DNA of 64,000 nucleotides, from assembly GCA_963805015.1 (NCBI GenBank), contig CAWDSL010000030.1:6258-70257 (forward strand), given 5' to 3'. The stretch's first letter is position 1; the number at the start of each line of letters is the position of its first letter. Both the position numbers and the translations under genes were made by a program. Below are positions 1-10,111 of this stretch, piece by piece. The notes under the pieces are model-generated. The model saw only the letters and a list, made by a program, of their open reading frames with translations, made no database searches and was not told the DNA's origin. The stretch is from an uncultured bacterium. GTDB taxonomy: Bacteria > Acidobacteriota > Aminicenantia > Aminicenantales > Saccharicenantaceae.

Positions 1-620
1 AGGGCCTGGCCGGGGCCTACAACTCGAACCTGCTGGCCGCGGCCGACGCCTTCATCGCCGGGAAGGCGCGGACGTCCGAGGTCCGGCTCGTCGTCGTCGG
101 CAAGAAGGCGGCCCACCACTACCGCAAGACGGCCGCACGCGGTCGACAAGGTCTTCGGCGACCGGACCGACCGCCTGACGCGCGAGGAGCTGCGCGACCT
201 GGCCGAGTCCCTCATGCGGGACTACACGTTCCAGAGGATCGACGCCGTCTACATCGTCTCCAACGAGTTCAAGTCCATCCTGGCGCCGCAGATCATGACC
301 CACCGGGTGCTGCCGCTCGAGCCCGCGGCCGGCGCGGAGGCCTCGGCCCTGCTGGCGCCCGACTGGGAGCCGGGGGACGCGGCGCCTGGCCGCGTTCCTC
401 CTGCCCCTCTACGTCGAGAGCCAGATCCATCCATGCCGTCCACGAATCGCAGGCGGCCGAGCAGGCGGCCCGGATGATGGCCATGGACAACGCCACCAAG
501 AACGCCGAGGAGCTCATCGACGACCTCGTCCTCCTGCTCAACAAGATCCGCCAGGCCGGCATCACCAAGGAGCTCCTGGAGATCATGACCGCGGTCGAAG
601 CGCTCAAGCAGACGAACTAG
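1..620 (+). CDS. atpG: F0F1 ATP synthase gamma subunit, 5'-partial, three apparent +1 frameshifts (~135, ~385, ~430)
   Basis: Frame-repaired translation gives [10 protein letters not shown]...VVGKK...[12 protein letters not shown]...[47 protein letters not shown], stop TAG at 618-620; lies directly upstream of atpD. Confidence 0.95.
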   Translation, partial: GLAGAYNSNLLAAADAFIAGKARTSEVRLVVVGKKAAHHYRKTAARGRQGLRRPDRPPDARGAARPGRVPHAGLHVPEDRRRLHRLQRVQVHPGAADHDPPGAAARARGRRGGLGPAGARLGAGGRGAWPRSSCPSTSRARSIHAVHESQAAEQAARMMAMDNATKNAEELIDDLVLLLNKIRQAGITKELLEIMTAVEALKQTN

Positions 621-631
621 GGAGAGAACCC

Positions 632-2322
<1,691 letters not shown>

Positions 2323-2351
<29 letters not shown>

Positions 2352-3064
2352 CGGCGGCGAGACCCTCGACGCGTTCTATCACGGGCGCGTCCGCGTGCTC
2401 CAGAGGAAAAAGGGCTACCGGTTCTCCGTGGACGCACCGCTTCTCGCGGATTTCATCCGGACGCGGGAGGGGGACGAGGCCCTCGAGATCGGGACCGGGA
2501 GCGGCGTCGTCGCGCTTCTCCTCAGCATCAAACCCTTCCGGCGCGTCACGGCGCTCGAGATCCAGCCGGGGCTGGCCGATCTGGCCCGGCGCAACGTCGC
2601 TCTCAACGGGATTGGAGGGCCGGATCGAGGTCGTCGAGGCGGACCTCAGGACCTACGAACCCGGGCGGACGTTCGACCTCGTCTTTTCGAATCCTCCTTA
2701 TATCAAGAAGGCGACCGGCTTTCTGAGCGCGTCGGCCGAGAAGTCGGCGGCCAAGCACGAGCTCCACGGCACGATCGGGGAGATCATGGAGCGGACCGCG
2801 GCGTGGCTCGCGCCGGAGGGGCGGGCGTGTTTCGTCTACCCCGAGAAGCGGCGGGCGGACCTATTGGCCGCGGCGGCCAAGGCGGGGCTCGGCGTCCGGC
2901 GCCTGCGTTTCGTCCACCCGCGCGACGGCGAGCCGGCCAACCTGTTCCTCGTCGAGCTCGGGAAAGGGGAGGGGACAGGGGAGCCGGAGCTCATGCCCCC
3001 GCTCGTCCTCCTGGGCCCCGACGGCAAGTACACCCCCGCCGCCGAATCCGTCTTTGCCGGTTAA
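2323..3064 (+). CDS. trmN6: tRNA1(Val) adenine-N6 methyltransferase family, one apparent +1 frameshift at ~2611
   Basis: GYRFSVDAPLLADF, LEIGTGSGVVALLL (SAM motif I), FDLVFSNPPY (motif IV), KRLRFVHP-like segment; joins ORFs 2323 and 2612. Confidence 0.85.
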
Positions 3065-3067
3065 ATC

Positions 3068-3123
3068 GGGGACACAATACCTATTCACCAATTAATAAAT
3101 TGGTGAATAGGTATTGTGTCCCC
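3068..3123. repeat. Perfect 26-bp inverted repeat (4-nt loop) followed by T6; REP-like palindrome and probable terminator
   Basis: GGGGACACAATACCTATTCACCAATT-aata-AATTGGTGAATAGGTATTGTGTCCCC then tttttt, between convergent genes. Confidence 0.9.
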
Positions 3124-3137
3124 TTTTTTATCCCCGA

Positions 3138-4016
3138 TTACCGCTTGGCCGCAAGGAGGGTAGCGAGCTCTTCGAAGGCGAACAGGCGGGCGTAATCGAG
3201 GGCCGTCCGTCCCGTGCCGTCCTTGGCGTCGACGTCGGCGCCGGCGGCGATGAGCGACCGGGCGGCGCCGACTTGGCCGCAGCGCGAAGCCCGCAGCAAC
3301 GGTGTAGCCCCACCCGCGTCCCTGGCATCGGGACGGGCCCCGCGCTCGAGGAGCAAGGCGACCACATCGCAATCCCCGGCCAGTGCGGCCAGGTGGAGAG
3401 GCGTCTCGCCCAGGTCATCGGAGGGATCGATCGCCGCGCCGTGGTCCGCGAGCAGGCGGGCCGCGTTCTCGTGGCCCTCCTGACAGGCCAGATGGAGAGG
3501 CGTCAGGCCCTCGGCATCCCGGACGTCGACCGATCCGCCGTGCCCGACGAGAAGCTCGAGGGCCTTCACTTGCCCCTGCTCCGCGGCGGCATGGACGGCC
3601 GTCCGTCCCGTCCTCTCCCTTCCGTTCACGCCCGAGCCCCTGGAAAGAAGGGCTTCGATGACGTCCTCCCGGCCTCTCAAAGACGCCAGGTAAAGCGCCG
3701 TGCGGCCCTCCTCTCCGGCGGGCGCGTCAACCTCGGCGCCGGAGTCCAGCAGGAGGTCCAGGACCTTTCGGTGGCCGCAGAGGGCGGCCCAATGCAGGGC
3801 GGTATACCCGAATTGATCCGTTCCGGTCACGGCCTCGGGCGAGGTCCGGACGGTCTTGAGGACGAGGGGCAGATCGCCCTCGCGCGCCGCCCGGCAGAGC
3901 CTTTTGGCCGAGTCGACGGGCGGCTTCGCGGCCGCGGCGGGTCCGGCGACCGCCCCGGCGATCCCCAGCGCGAGGACGGCGCGAAGGAAGTGTCGGCCGG
4001 ATCTTGATCGGTGCAA
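3138..4016 (-). CDS. Secreted ankyrin-repeat protein
   Basis: Repeated GxTALH/TPLH..A..G units (GYTALHWAA, GRTALYLAS, GRTAVHAAA, GLTPLHLAC, GETPLHLAA, GATPLLRAS); TTG start after GGGGGAA; hydrophobic signal. The 569-aa fused ORF in the track results from the upstream frameshift. Confidence 0.85.
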   Translation of the reverse strand: MHRSRSGRHFLRAVLALGIAGAVAGPAAAAKPPVDSAKRLCRAAREGDLPLVLKTVRTSPEAVTGTDQFGYTALHWAALCGHRKVLDLLLDSGAEVDAPAGEEGRTALYLASLRGREDVIEALLSRGSGVNGRERTGRTAVHAAAEQGQVKALELLVGHGGSVDVRDAEGLTPLHLACQEGHENAARLLADHGAAIDPSDDLGETPLHLAALAGDCDVVALLLERGARPDARDAGGATPLLRASRCGQVGAARSLIAAGADVDAKDGTGRTALDYARLFAFEELATLLAAKR

Positions 4017-4036
4017 GCGTTCCCCCGGTGGCGCGG

Positions 4037-4826
4037 CTATTTGGACGTCCCTGGCGTCCCCATCGGGATCCCGGCGATGACGCAGGCGTAATATTTCCGC
4101 AGGGGACAGGGGATCATGGCTTTGGTCGTAAAGAGCCTTTCGGCGAGCCAGGCGAACATCTCGTGGCCGCACATGGCCCGGGTCGGGTTGGCCGCCAAGA
4201 TCTCCCCGATACCGGCGTAGGACCGGAGGCAGCGCGGATCGGCGGCGTCGTCCCCGGCGAGCGCGAGGAAGCGCCGCGTCTCGTCGGCGGTCTGGGCCCT
4301 CCGGTAATCCCGCATGAAGGCTTCGCCCTCCCGGGAGAACGCGGCCCGCTCCCGCTCGTCGAGGACGTTCGACCACAGGTCGTGGAAGATCTCGTGGACG
4401 AGGACCGGCAGGACCCTCCCGCCCACGTCCGGGCGCTCGAGGACCCCCTCCAATCCGACTTCGAAGTGGGCGAACAGGTCTTTCTTCAGGAAGATGGTAT
4501 CCCGCGCGCCCGGGGTCCGGGAAAAACAGGCCAGGCCCAGGATCCCTCTCGGGCGCCAGCGGGCCGCCCTGGTCGAAGAAGGCGTAGTTGTTGTTGAGGA
4601 GCTCCCCCAGGACCGCTTCGTTCCGCCTGAAGAAGCCGGACGCCCATAGCCGGGCGAGCAGGGGTTCGGCCGCCTTGGCCCCGGGGGTATCGCCCAGGAC
4701 GATACGCGCCTCCGGTGCCCTAACGGCGGGCCCGTCCTCTGTCCCGCGGCCGGCCGCCCCGGCCGCGGCGGCCAAGAGAAGAAGGGCCGCCGCGACAAGG
4801 ACGGTGCGCCCCCAGGGCTCCCTCAT
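4037..4826 (-). CDS. Secreted zincin-like metalloprotease (HExxH plus downstream E-x-F-A), one apparent +1 frameshift at ~4545
   Basis: Signal peptide (VLVAAALLLLAAAAGA); repaired PLAPERILGLACF; LVHEIFHDLW and later GHEMFAWLAE. Confidence 0.6.
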
Positions 4827-4868
4827 CGGCCCTTTCCTCACGGTCACCCCCTCCGTGACGGAGAAGCC

Positions 4869-5189
4869 TTACATCGGTTCTTTGACGATCTGCTTCGTGA
4901 TCAGGATATGCTGTCTCTTGACCTTCCAGTTCAGGGTCTGTTTCTTGAGCTTGAGGAACGCGGCCGTGTCCTTTTGGCTGCCGTGCGTCCGGAGCAGGGC
5001 CTCGAAGACGACGGCCCGCTCGAAACGGACCAGAAAATCGTGGAGGCTGAGCTCGGGCGGGTCGCCGCAGTACCTGATGTAGAAGCTGTAGGCGGCGTGG
5101 TCGAAATGCCGCTGCAGCTTGGCCTCCCTGAGGGCTCTGCCGCCGAATCCCACGTCCGTGGACGGCGGCTTCTCGGGATTCCTCATCAC
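4869..5189 (-). CDS. Stand-alone Fis-type helix-turn-helix protein
   Basis: FERAVVFEALLRTHGSQKDTAAFLKLKKQTLNWKVKR matches the Fis/HTH_8 pattern; 106 aa, no AAA+ domain. Confidence 0.75.
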   Translation of the reverse strand: MMRNPEKPPSTDVGFGGRALREAKLQRHFDHAAYSFYIRYCGDPPELSLHDFLVRFERAVVFEALLRTHGSQKDTAAFLKLKKQTLNWKVKRQHILITKQIVKEPM

Positions 5190-5282
5190 CAGCGCTCCTG
5201 TCTCATAGGCTTTCTGCCGGATGCCTTATCTGCTTCTGGACCTGTCCACAAAATGGGACCGGGCCGGAAGATTGTCAATGGG

Positions 5283-5302
5283 GATGCGCATGATTGCGCA
5301 TC
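5283..5302. promoter_or_regulatory. Perfect 8-bp inverted repeat, operator candidate, next to a minus-strand TTGACA (5273-5278)
   Basis: GATGCGCA-tgat-TGCGCATC upstream of the Fis-like gene. Confidence 0.45.
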
Positions 5303-5345
5303 ACCGGCCACAATGTCGGATTGTGTCGTATGCCCCGGCGTAATG

Positions 5346-7658
5346 TTACTTTACGACGGGGCCCAGGTATCGGTCCAAAAAGCCGAAGGTGTCCTTCCAA
5401 TGCTCGTTGAGCAGCCAGACGGAGTGACCGGTCGGATAGACGATCAGATGCTTGTCCTTGTCCGGAGTGCCGAAGAGACGGAATAGCGGGCGGGCGTTGG
5501 TCTCGAGCGGGTAGAAGGCGTCGTACCGCCCGTTCTGCATCAGCAGGGGCGTCTTGACCCGGGGAGCGAAATGGACGGGATCCCATTCGGGCGAGCCCAG
5601 TTCCGGGACGTAGGTTTCCCAATAGAATCCGCCTCCGACGAGGATCGCCGCCTTGAACCGTCTTTCGAGCGCCAGGTGGACCGGCGCGGCGTAGGCCCCC
5701 CAGCTCAGTCCTTGATAAGCGATCCGGGCCGCGTCGAGATCCGGCCTCGTCTCCAGGTAGTCGAGAACGCGGGACAGCTCCCGGTCGTGCCGGATCATAC
5801 GGTCCCTCAAGTACCGGCGGTCTCGCGGCGGGAGCGGCCTGACCCGCCGCTCGAAGGTGTTCCAGAACACGGGGAAGACGAACGCCCGCCCCTTCCTCGT
5901 ATAAAGCTCGACCTCGCGGCTCTTGACCGATCCGTATTCGAAGACCGAGTCCAGCTGCAGGGCGGAAGATCCGGGGAAGTAGACGATCGATTGGTAAGGG
6001 GGCGGCGTCCTCCGGGGCAGGAAAATGTAGGCGTAGATGCGCTCGCCGCCGCCGGCGTCCAGGAACGAGACTTTCTCCAAGACGGTATCGGCCGACCAGT
6101 CCTGACGGGATTCGACACGGGGGTCGAGGTCTGTCTTGACGTATCCGTAGAGCGAACGATAGGCTTCGAAGACCGCGTCCGAGCAAGGCGTCATCGCGGC
6201 ATAATCCGGCTCCGGCGTGACTTTCAGGGGGGCGTCGCAAGGCGCCGGCCCCTCGGCCTCCGTCACGGGCTTCATGCACCGGAAGCCGAAGTTGTCGGAG
6301 CGCAGGAACGCCGGGTAGGAATCGAACGCGAAGCTCGCATACTGGGCCTCGTTCCAGGCCCCGCCGAGGTTCGCCCGCCGTCCTCCGGCCTCGTTCGAGC
6401 ACCATTCCTTGGCGTTGCCCGCCAAGTCGTAAGTGCCGAAGGGGCCCAGGCCCTTGTATGCTCCGACCGGGGCGAGCGCCCGGCCGTCGAAGTTGCTCGC
6501 GGGTATGACGTAATCCGTGTCCGTCAGGATCCCCGCGGCCAGGCACCAATGATAGACGCTCGGCAGGCGCTTGCCGGCGAATTCGGCGAACGCGGCGGCC
6601 TCGTACCAGCTGATCCCCGTGACGGGATCGTCATCCCGGCCCGCCGGGCAGGCGCCGGACTCCCAGGTCGCCGGGCCCGGCCTTCCCGTGCGGTCCACGA
6701 ACGCGGCCATCGATTCCTCCCAGCCGAGCGTCCGTCCATCCCGCACGAACGGGTGTTTCCAGTAGCGCCGGTCCGCGTAACCTCCCGCTTCGACGAAGGA
6801 CCGGTACTGCCGGTTGCTGACCTCGAACCGGTCGAGCCAGAAATCGCCGAGCGTCGCCCGGGGAGAGAAGCGGACCTGGAATTGGATGAGCGCGACCGTG
6901 TCCCCCGGGACCCGGACCATGCCTTCGGGCGCGGCCGCCGCTTCGGCGAGCGTGATCCGCAGCTTCTCCGGCTCGCCGGGGCGGACCTGGGCGCTCCCCT
7001 CGGCGGTCGCGTACCCGGGCCGCCCGACCCGCCATCGCTTGGGTCCGGCGGACAGGCGGCAGTCCGAGACGGGGGTCCGTCCGAGGGGCTGCCAGTCCGC
7101 GTCCTGGCTGCCGTAGGGCCGGACGCTCAGGTCGGCGCCGGGCGGATCGGTCTCAAAGGAAAGGGAGCCGGAAACCAGGGGCATGAGCTGGCGCAGACGC
7201 GGGTTTCCGGGAACGATCCTCTCGACGCGCGCGGCCAGATCGTAAGCCCGTTCCTTTTCGGGCGTAAGGACGAGCCTTTCGATCTCCGGTATCGCGACGT
7301 CGTTGGCCCAATCGGCCCTGGCGTTATGAACGGCGAGGAGGACGACGGTGAACGCGCCGGCGGCGGTCAGGATCGAGAGAGCGGCGATCAGGCGCTTGTT
7401 CCATCGCGGCAGCGTGGGGAGCGCCTTCCCGTGCCCCCGGCCCTTGGGCGGAGCGTCCGCCGGGCCGGACCAGTGGCGCCGCTCCTCGAGCCAGGCGTCG
7501 AGCTCGTCCGCATAGGCGAAGACGCGGGACTTTGGGGAGCCGTCCAGGCGGTGAATGGGCAAACCGTGCTCGCGCTCCCAGAGCTGACAGGTCCGGGCGT
7601 TGCGGCGGAGATAGGCGGAGATCTCCTTCCAGGATTCGAGAATAGTACGCTTCTCCAT
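5346..7658 (-). CDS. Membrane-anchored protein: N-terminal 'SWKEI' HTH-like domain, TM, PEGA-like, FGE-sulfatase (SUMF1) domain, C-terminal alpha/beta hydrolase
   Basis: LESWKEISAYL...WEREHGLPIHR; TM LIAALSILTAAGAFTVVLLAV; DRFEVSNRQY, PVTGISWYEAAAFAEFAGKRLPS, YDLAGNAKEW, GFRC; GLSWG nucleophile elbow, GRYD, PTGH. Confidence 0.85.
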   Translation of the reverse strand: MEKRTILESWKEISAYLRRNARTCQLWEREHGLPIHRLDGSPKSRVFAYADELDAWLEERRHWSGPADAPPKGRGHGKALPTLPRWNKRLIAALSILTAAGAFTVVLLAVHNARADWANDVAIPEIERLVLTPEKERAYDLAARVERIVPGNPRLRQLMPLVSGSLSFETDPPGADLSVRPYGSQDADWQPLGRTPVSDCRLSAGPKRWRVGRPGYATAEGSAQVRPGEPEKLRITLAEAAAAPEGMVRVPGDTVALIQFQVRFSPRATLGDFWLDRFEVSNRQYRSFVEAGGYADRRYWKHPFVRDGRTLGWEESMAAFVDRTGRPGPATWESGACPAGRDDDPVTGISWYEAAAFAEFAGKRLPSVYHWCLAAGILTDTDYVIPASNFDGRALAPVGAYKGLGPFGTYDLAGNAKEWCSNEAGGRRANLGGAWNEAQYASFAFDSYPAFLRSDNFGFRCMKPVTEAEGPAPCDAPLKVTPEPDYAAMTPCSDAVFEAYRSLYGYVKTDLDPRVESRQDWSADTVLEKVSFLDAGGGERIYAYIFLPRRTPPPYQSIVYFPGSSALQLDSVFEYGSVKSREVELYTRKGRAFVFPVFWNTFERRVRPLPPRDRRYLRDRMIRHDRELSRVLDYLETRPDLDAARIAYQGLSWGAYAAPVHLALERRFKAAILVGGGFYWETYVPELGSPEWDPVHFAPRVKTPLLMQNGRYDAFYPLETNARPLFRLFGTPDKDKHLIVYPTGHSVWLLNEHWKDTFGFLDRYLGPVVK

Positions 7659-7740
7659 CCCCGTCGTTCAGTTTTGACTAGGCTGACCTTCGTGACCTGT
7701 ACTGATTCTGGGACGAACGTCCGAAGATGTCAAGTCCGTC

Positions 7741-8082
7741 TCAGGTCAGGAGCGCCCGGAGCTTTCCGAGGGCCTCCTCGACGGTGGTCGCGGGAAGCGA
7801 GCCGACCGGCTCGGCCCGCAGGGCGCGCCAGTCGAAGCATTCGGCCTGGTCGGCCAGCAGGACGCCCCGGACCGGGAGATCCGGGGGCAGGGGGACTTCG
7901 AAAGGATAGCCCTTGGCCTCGGTGACGACGGGACAGAGGATGGCCAGTCCGACCCGGGCGTTGTAGGCTTGAGGGGAGAGGACGACGGCGGGGCGCCGGC
8001 CGTCCTGGGCCCGGCCCGATCGCGGCGCGAACGAGACCAGGACGAGATCGCCGCGCTCCGGAACATAGAAGACCGGTTTCAT
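7741..8082 (-). CDS. mazF: MazF/PemK-family toxin with degenerate active-site positions
   Basis: YVPERGDLVLVSF...GRRPAVVLSP..YN...KGYPFEV...GVLLADQ; ATG at 8082 overlaps the antitoxin stop (ATGA). Confidence 0.9.
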   Translation of the reverse strand: MKPVFYVPERGDLVLVSFAPRSGRAQDGRRPAVVLSPQAYNARVGLAILCPVVTEAKGYPFEVPLPPDLPVRGVLLADQAECFDWRALRAEPVGSLPATTVEEALGKLRALLT

Positions 8083-8303
8083 ATATTCCCGGTCTCCCAG
8101 GCGGGGTGGATGTTGTCGTCGGTCACCTTGTCGAGAAGGGCCGCGAGGTCCCAGGACCTCTCGCGATCGGACCGGACGACGAGGGCGCCTTCGTCGAGCG
8201 TCATCTCGACCGGTGCGGCTTCCTCCCAATCCAGCTCTTCGGCGAACGACTTGGGGATGCGGACGGCCAGGCTGTTGCCCCACTTCTGGACGCGCGTTTT
8301 CAT
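8079..8303 (-). CDS. mazE: MazE/AbrB-family antitoxin
   Basis: MKTRVQKWGNSLAVRIPKSFAEEL...LAALLDKVTDDNIH. Confidence 0.92.
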   Translation of the reverse strand: MKTRVQKWGNSLAVRIPKSFAEELDWEEAAPVEMTLDEGALVVRSDRERSWDLAALLDKVTDDNIHPAWETGNI

Positions 8304-8330
8304 TTTATGAGCCAAAATGTATCTACAAAG

Positions 8331-8359
8331 AGTATACAATTTTAAAAAGTATTAGTCAA
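8331..8359 (-). promoter_or_regulatory. sigma70 promoter of mazEF
   Basis: TTGACT-N17-TATACT on the minus strand, with GTATCTAC/GTATAC operator-like elements adjacent. Confidence 0.75.
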
Positions 8360-8402
8360 ATCAATACGCTCCGAGGCCGGGGGCGGCCGTGAGGGGTCTT
8401 CC

Positions 8403-9635
8403 TTACTTCTTGGCCAGGGCCTTTTCGATCTCCGCGAGACCGACGCCGAACACCCGCCGGGCGATCGCGTCGAGCGCCTTCTCCGGCCCCGCGAAGTGCA
8501 TGGTCGTGTGGACGTGGGTCAGCGTCCCGCCGGGCCCCAACGCCGCGGCCGGCGAGGACGACTCGAGCTCGTAGAACGGGCCGAGGGGCTTGGCCCCGGG
8601 CGCGGCCGGCCCGTCGTTGTAGCTGTTGACGACGTCCCCGGCGAAGGGCTTCTCCTGGATCTCCCACATCGAGTTGACGTAGTCCGTCGCGCCCTCGGGC
8701 ACGGTCAGGTGGACGACCGTCAGAACGCCGTTGGCGGCGTCGTAGCTCCCGGCGAAAGGCCTGACCCGCCGCGGGGAGATGCCGATCTTGCTCCGGTACT
8801 TGCCGTCGCCGCTGAAGAAGAGGACGCCCTCGCTTTCCCGGACGGCCAGGCGGCCGGCCGGGACCTTGCCGAAATAAGCGTCGTTGACGGCCGGGCCCAG
8901 CTCCGCCTCCGGCCCGGTCTTGAACGGGACCACGATGGTGGTCGCCGGCGAGGGATTGAACATGCCCAGGATCCAGATCGAGAGCAGGCCCGCGTCCTTG
9001 GTCCAGGCGCTCGCCCCGAGGTTGGTGATGTTGTTGTCCGAGGCGTAGGCGACCATCTTGACGCCGTCCGGGACCTCGATGCCCAGGGCCGCGACTTCGG
9101 CCTTGCCGAGCAGGCGGATCTCCCGGTTGACCTCGAGGTCGAACGTCGTCCCGGAGTAGTTCACGAGCGATATCGTCTTGCGGAAGTGGATGCGGTCGGC
9201 GTCTTTGGCCACGACCTCGAAGGCGCCCTCGTTGACGGCCGGCGGGGTCCACCAGTGGTCGAGGTCGAAGGGATCGCCCTTCTTGAAGAAGATGGAGAAC
9301 TGCCCGCCCTCGGGCCCGAGCCAGAAGCGGTCCTCGCCGCCGAAGGAGTTCATGTGCGGGTTGTTGACGCCCGAGGCGATGGCCTCGCGTCCGATCCAGC
9401 CGAAGCTCAGCCCGTCCGGACCGGCGGCCGTGCTGGTCATGACCCGGCCCTGGAGGTCGGGATTGACCGCGATCCGGGCCTGCCCGTCGGCGCTCTCGAG
9501 CACGACGACCTTGGTGTGCGTTTCGAGGAAGGCCAGATCGTCCTTGAACAGGACGCCCTCCGGTGCCTTGGCGGGCTTGGCGCAGGCCGCCGCTAAAAAG
9601 AGGATCAGTAACGCCGCTCCGATACCGTATCTCAT
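8403..9635 (-). CDS. DUF6786-like lipoprotein (galactose-mutarotase-like fold suspected)
   Basis: Lipobox LAAAC; GRVMTST..G.DG.SFGWI, FGGEDRFWLGPEGGQFSIFF, GPFYELESSSPAA recalled as typical of the family. Confidence 0.7.
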   Translation of the reverse strand: MRYGIGAALLILFLAAACAKPAKAPEGVLFKDDLAFLETHTKVVVLESADGQARIAVNPDLQGRVMTSTAAGPDGLSFGWIGREAIASGVNNPHMNSFGGEDRFWLGPEGGQFSIFFKKGDPFDLDHWWTPPAVNEGAFEVVAKDADRIHFRKTISLVNYSGTTFDLEVNREIRLLGKAEVAALGIEVPDGVKMVAYASDNNITNLGASAWTKDAGLLSIWILGMFNPSPATTIVVPFKTGPEAELGPAVNDAYFGKVPAGRLAVRESEGVLFFSGDGKYRSKIGISPRRVRPFAGSYDAANGVLTVVHLTVPEGATDYVNSMWEIQEKPFAGDVVNSYNDGPAAPGAKPLGPFYELESSSPAAALGPGGTLTHVHTTMHFAGPEKALDAIARRVFGVGLAEIEKALAKK

Positions 9636-9681
9636 GGGTAACTCCTTTGCGCGTATCAGCCCCCATTATAAACAAATAAGC

Positions 9682-9712
9682 AAATCGGGGACACAATACC
9701 TATTCACCAATT
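9682..9712 (+). repeat. Exact 31-bp copy of the left arm of the 3063-3093 palindrome
   Basis: AAATCGGGGACACAATACCTATTCACCAATT is identical at 3063-3093 and 9682-9712. Confidence 0.9.
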
Positions 9713-10111
9713 TCCGCCCGGTTGATACACGGCATATCAGCAGGCCGGCGGGTCGAATAGATCTGGGCCTATCGGTTCATATGGGGGAATAGGCCCCTTT
9801 ACCCATTTACGTTGCCGGCGCCCGGCCTATGGTGTGAGAGCGATGAAAAAGACCGGGACGACCATGGACGCTTCCATCCAACAAACCAAAGGAGGTGGTG
9901 GCCACTCCGCACAGAAGCACCCCCATTCCATCGGGTCGGGAGTGATCTCGCCGTGTTCCTCGCGAGGCCCTTCGGCCTCCCCCGCCGCGACGCGCGGAGT
10001 CTCGCTCCAGGCAAGGACATCCAGACGCGCCGGCCCCAAAGCCCGGCGCGCGGACAGAGAGAACGGCCCGGCCGGCCCTGTCGGGGTTACGGTCCGGGAT
10101 AAGGAGAAACC

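Noticed and set aside
3138-4847. 569-aa fusion of a secreted protein with ankyrin repeats in the ORF track
   Set aside because: Artefact of the extra G near 4545. The alternative frame holds the HExxH domain with its own stop (4037), and the ankyrin gene has its own RBS and TTG.
9799-10111. Riboswitch (cobalamin or c-di-GMP) or leader peptide upstream of the TonB receptor; strong GGAGGT followed by a 15-codon GTG ORF
   Set aside because: The conserved riboswitch cores are not present in the right order, and the uORF has no telling composition. An Rfam scan would be needed.
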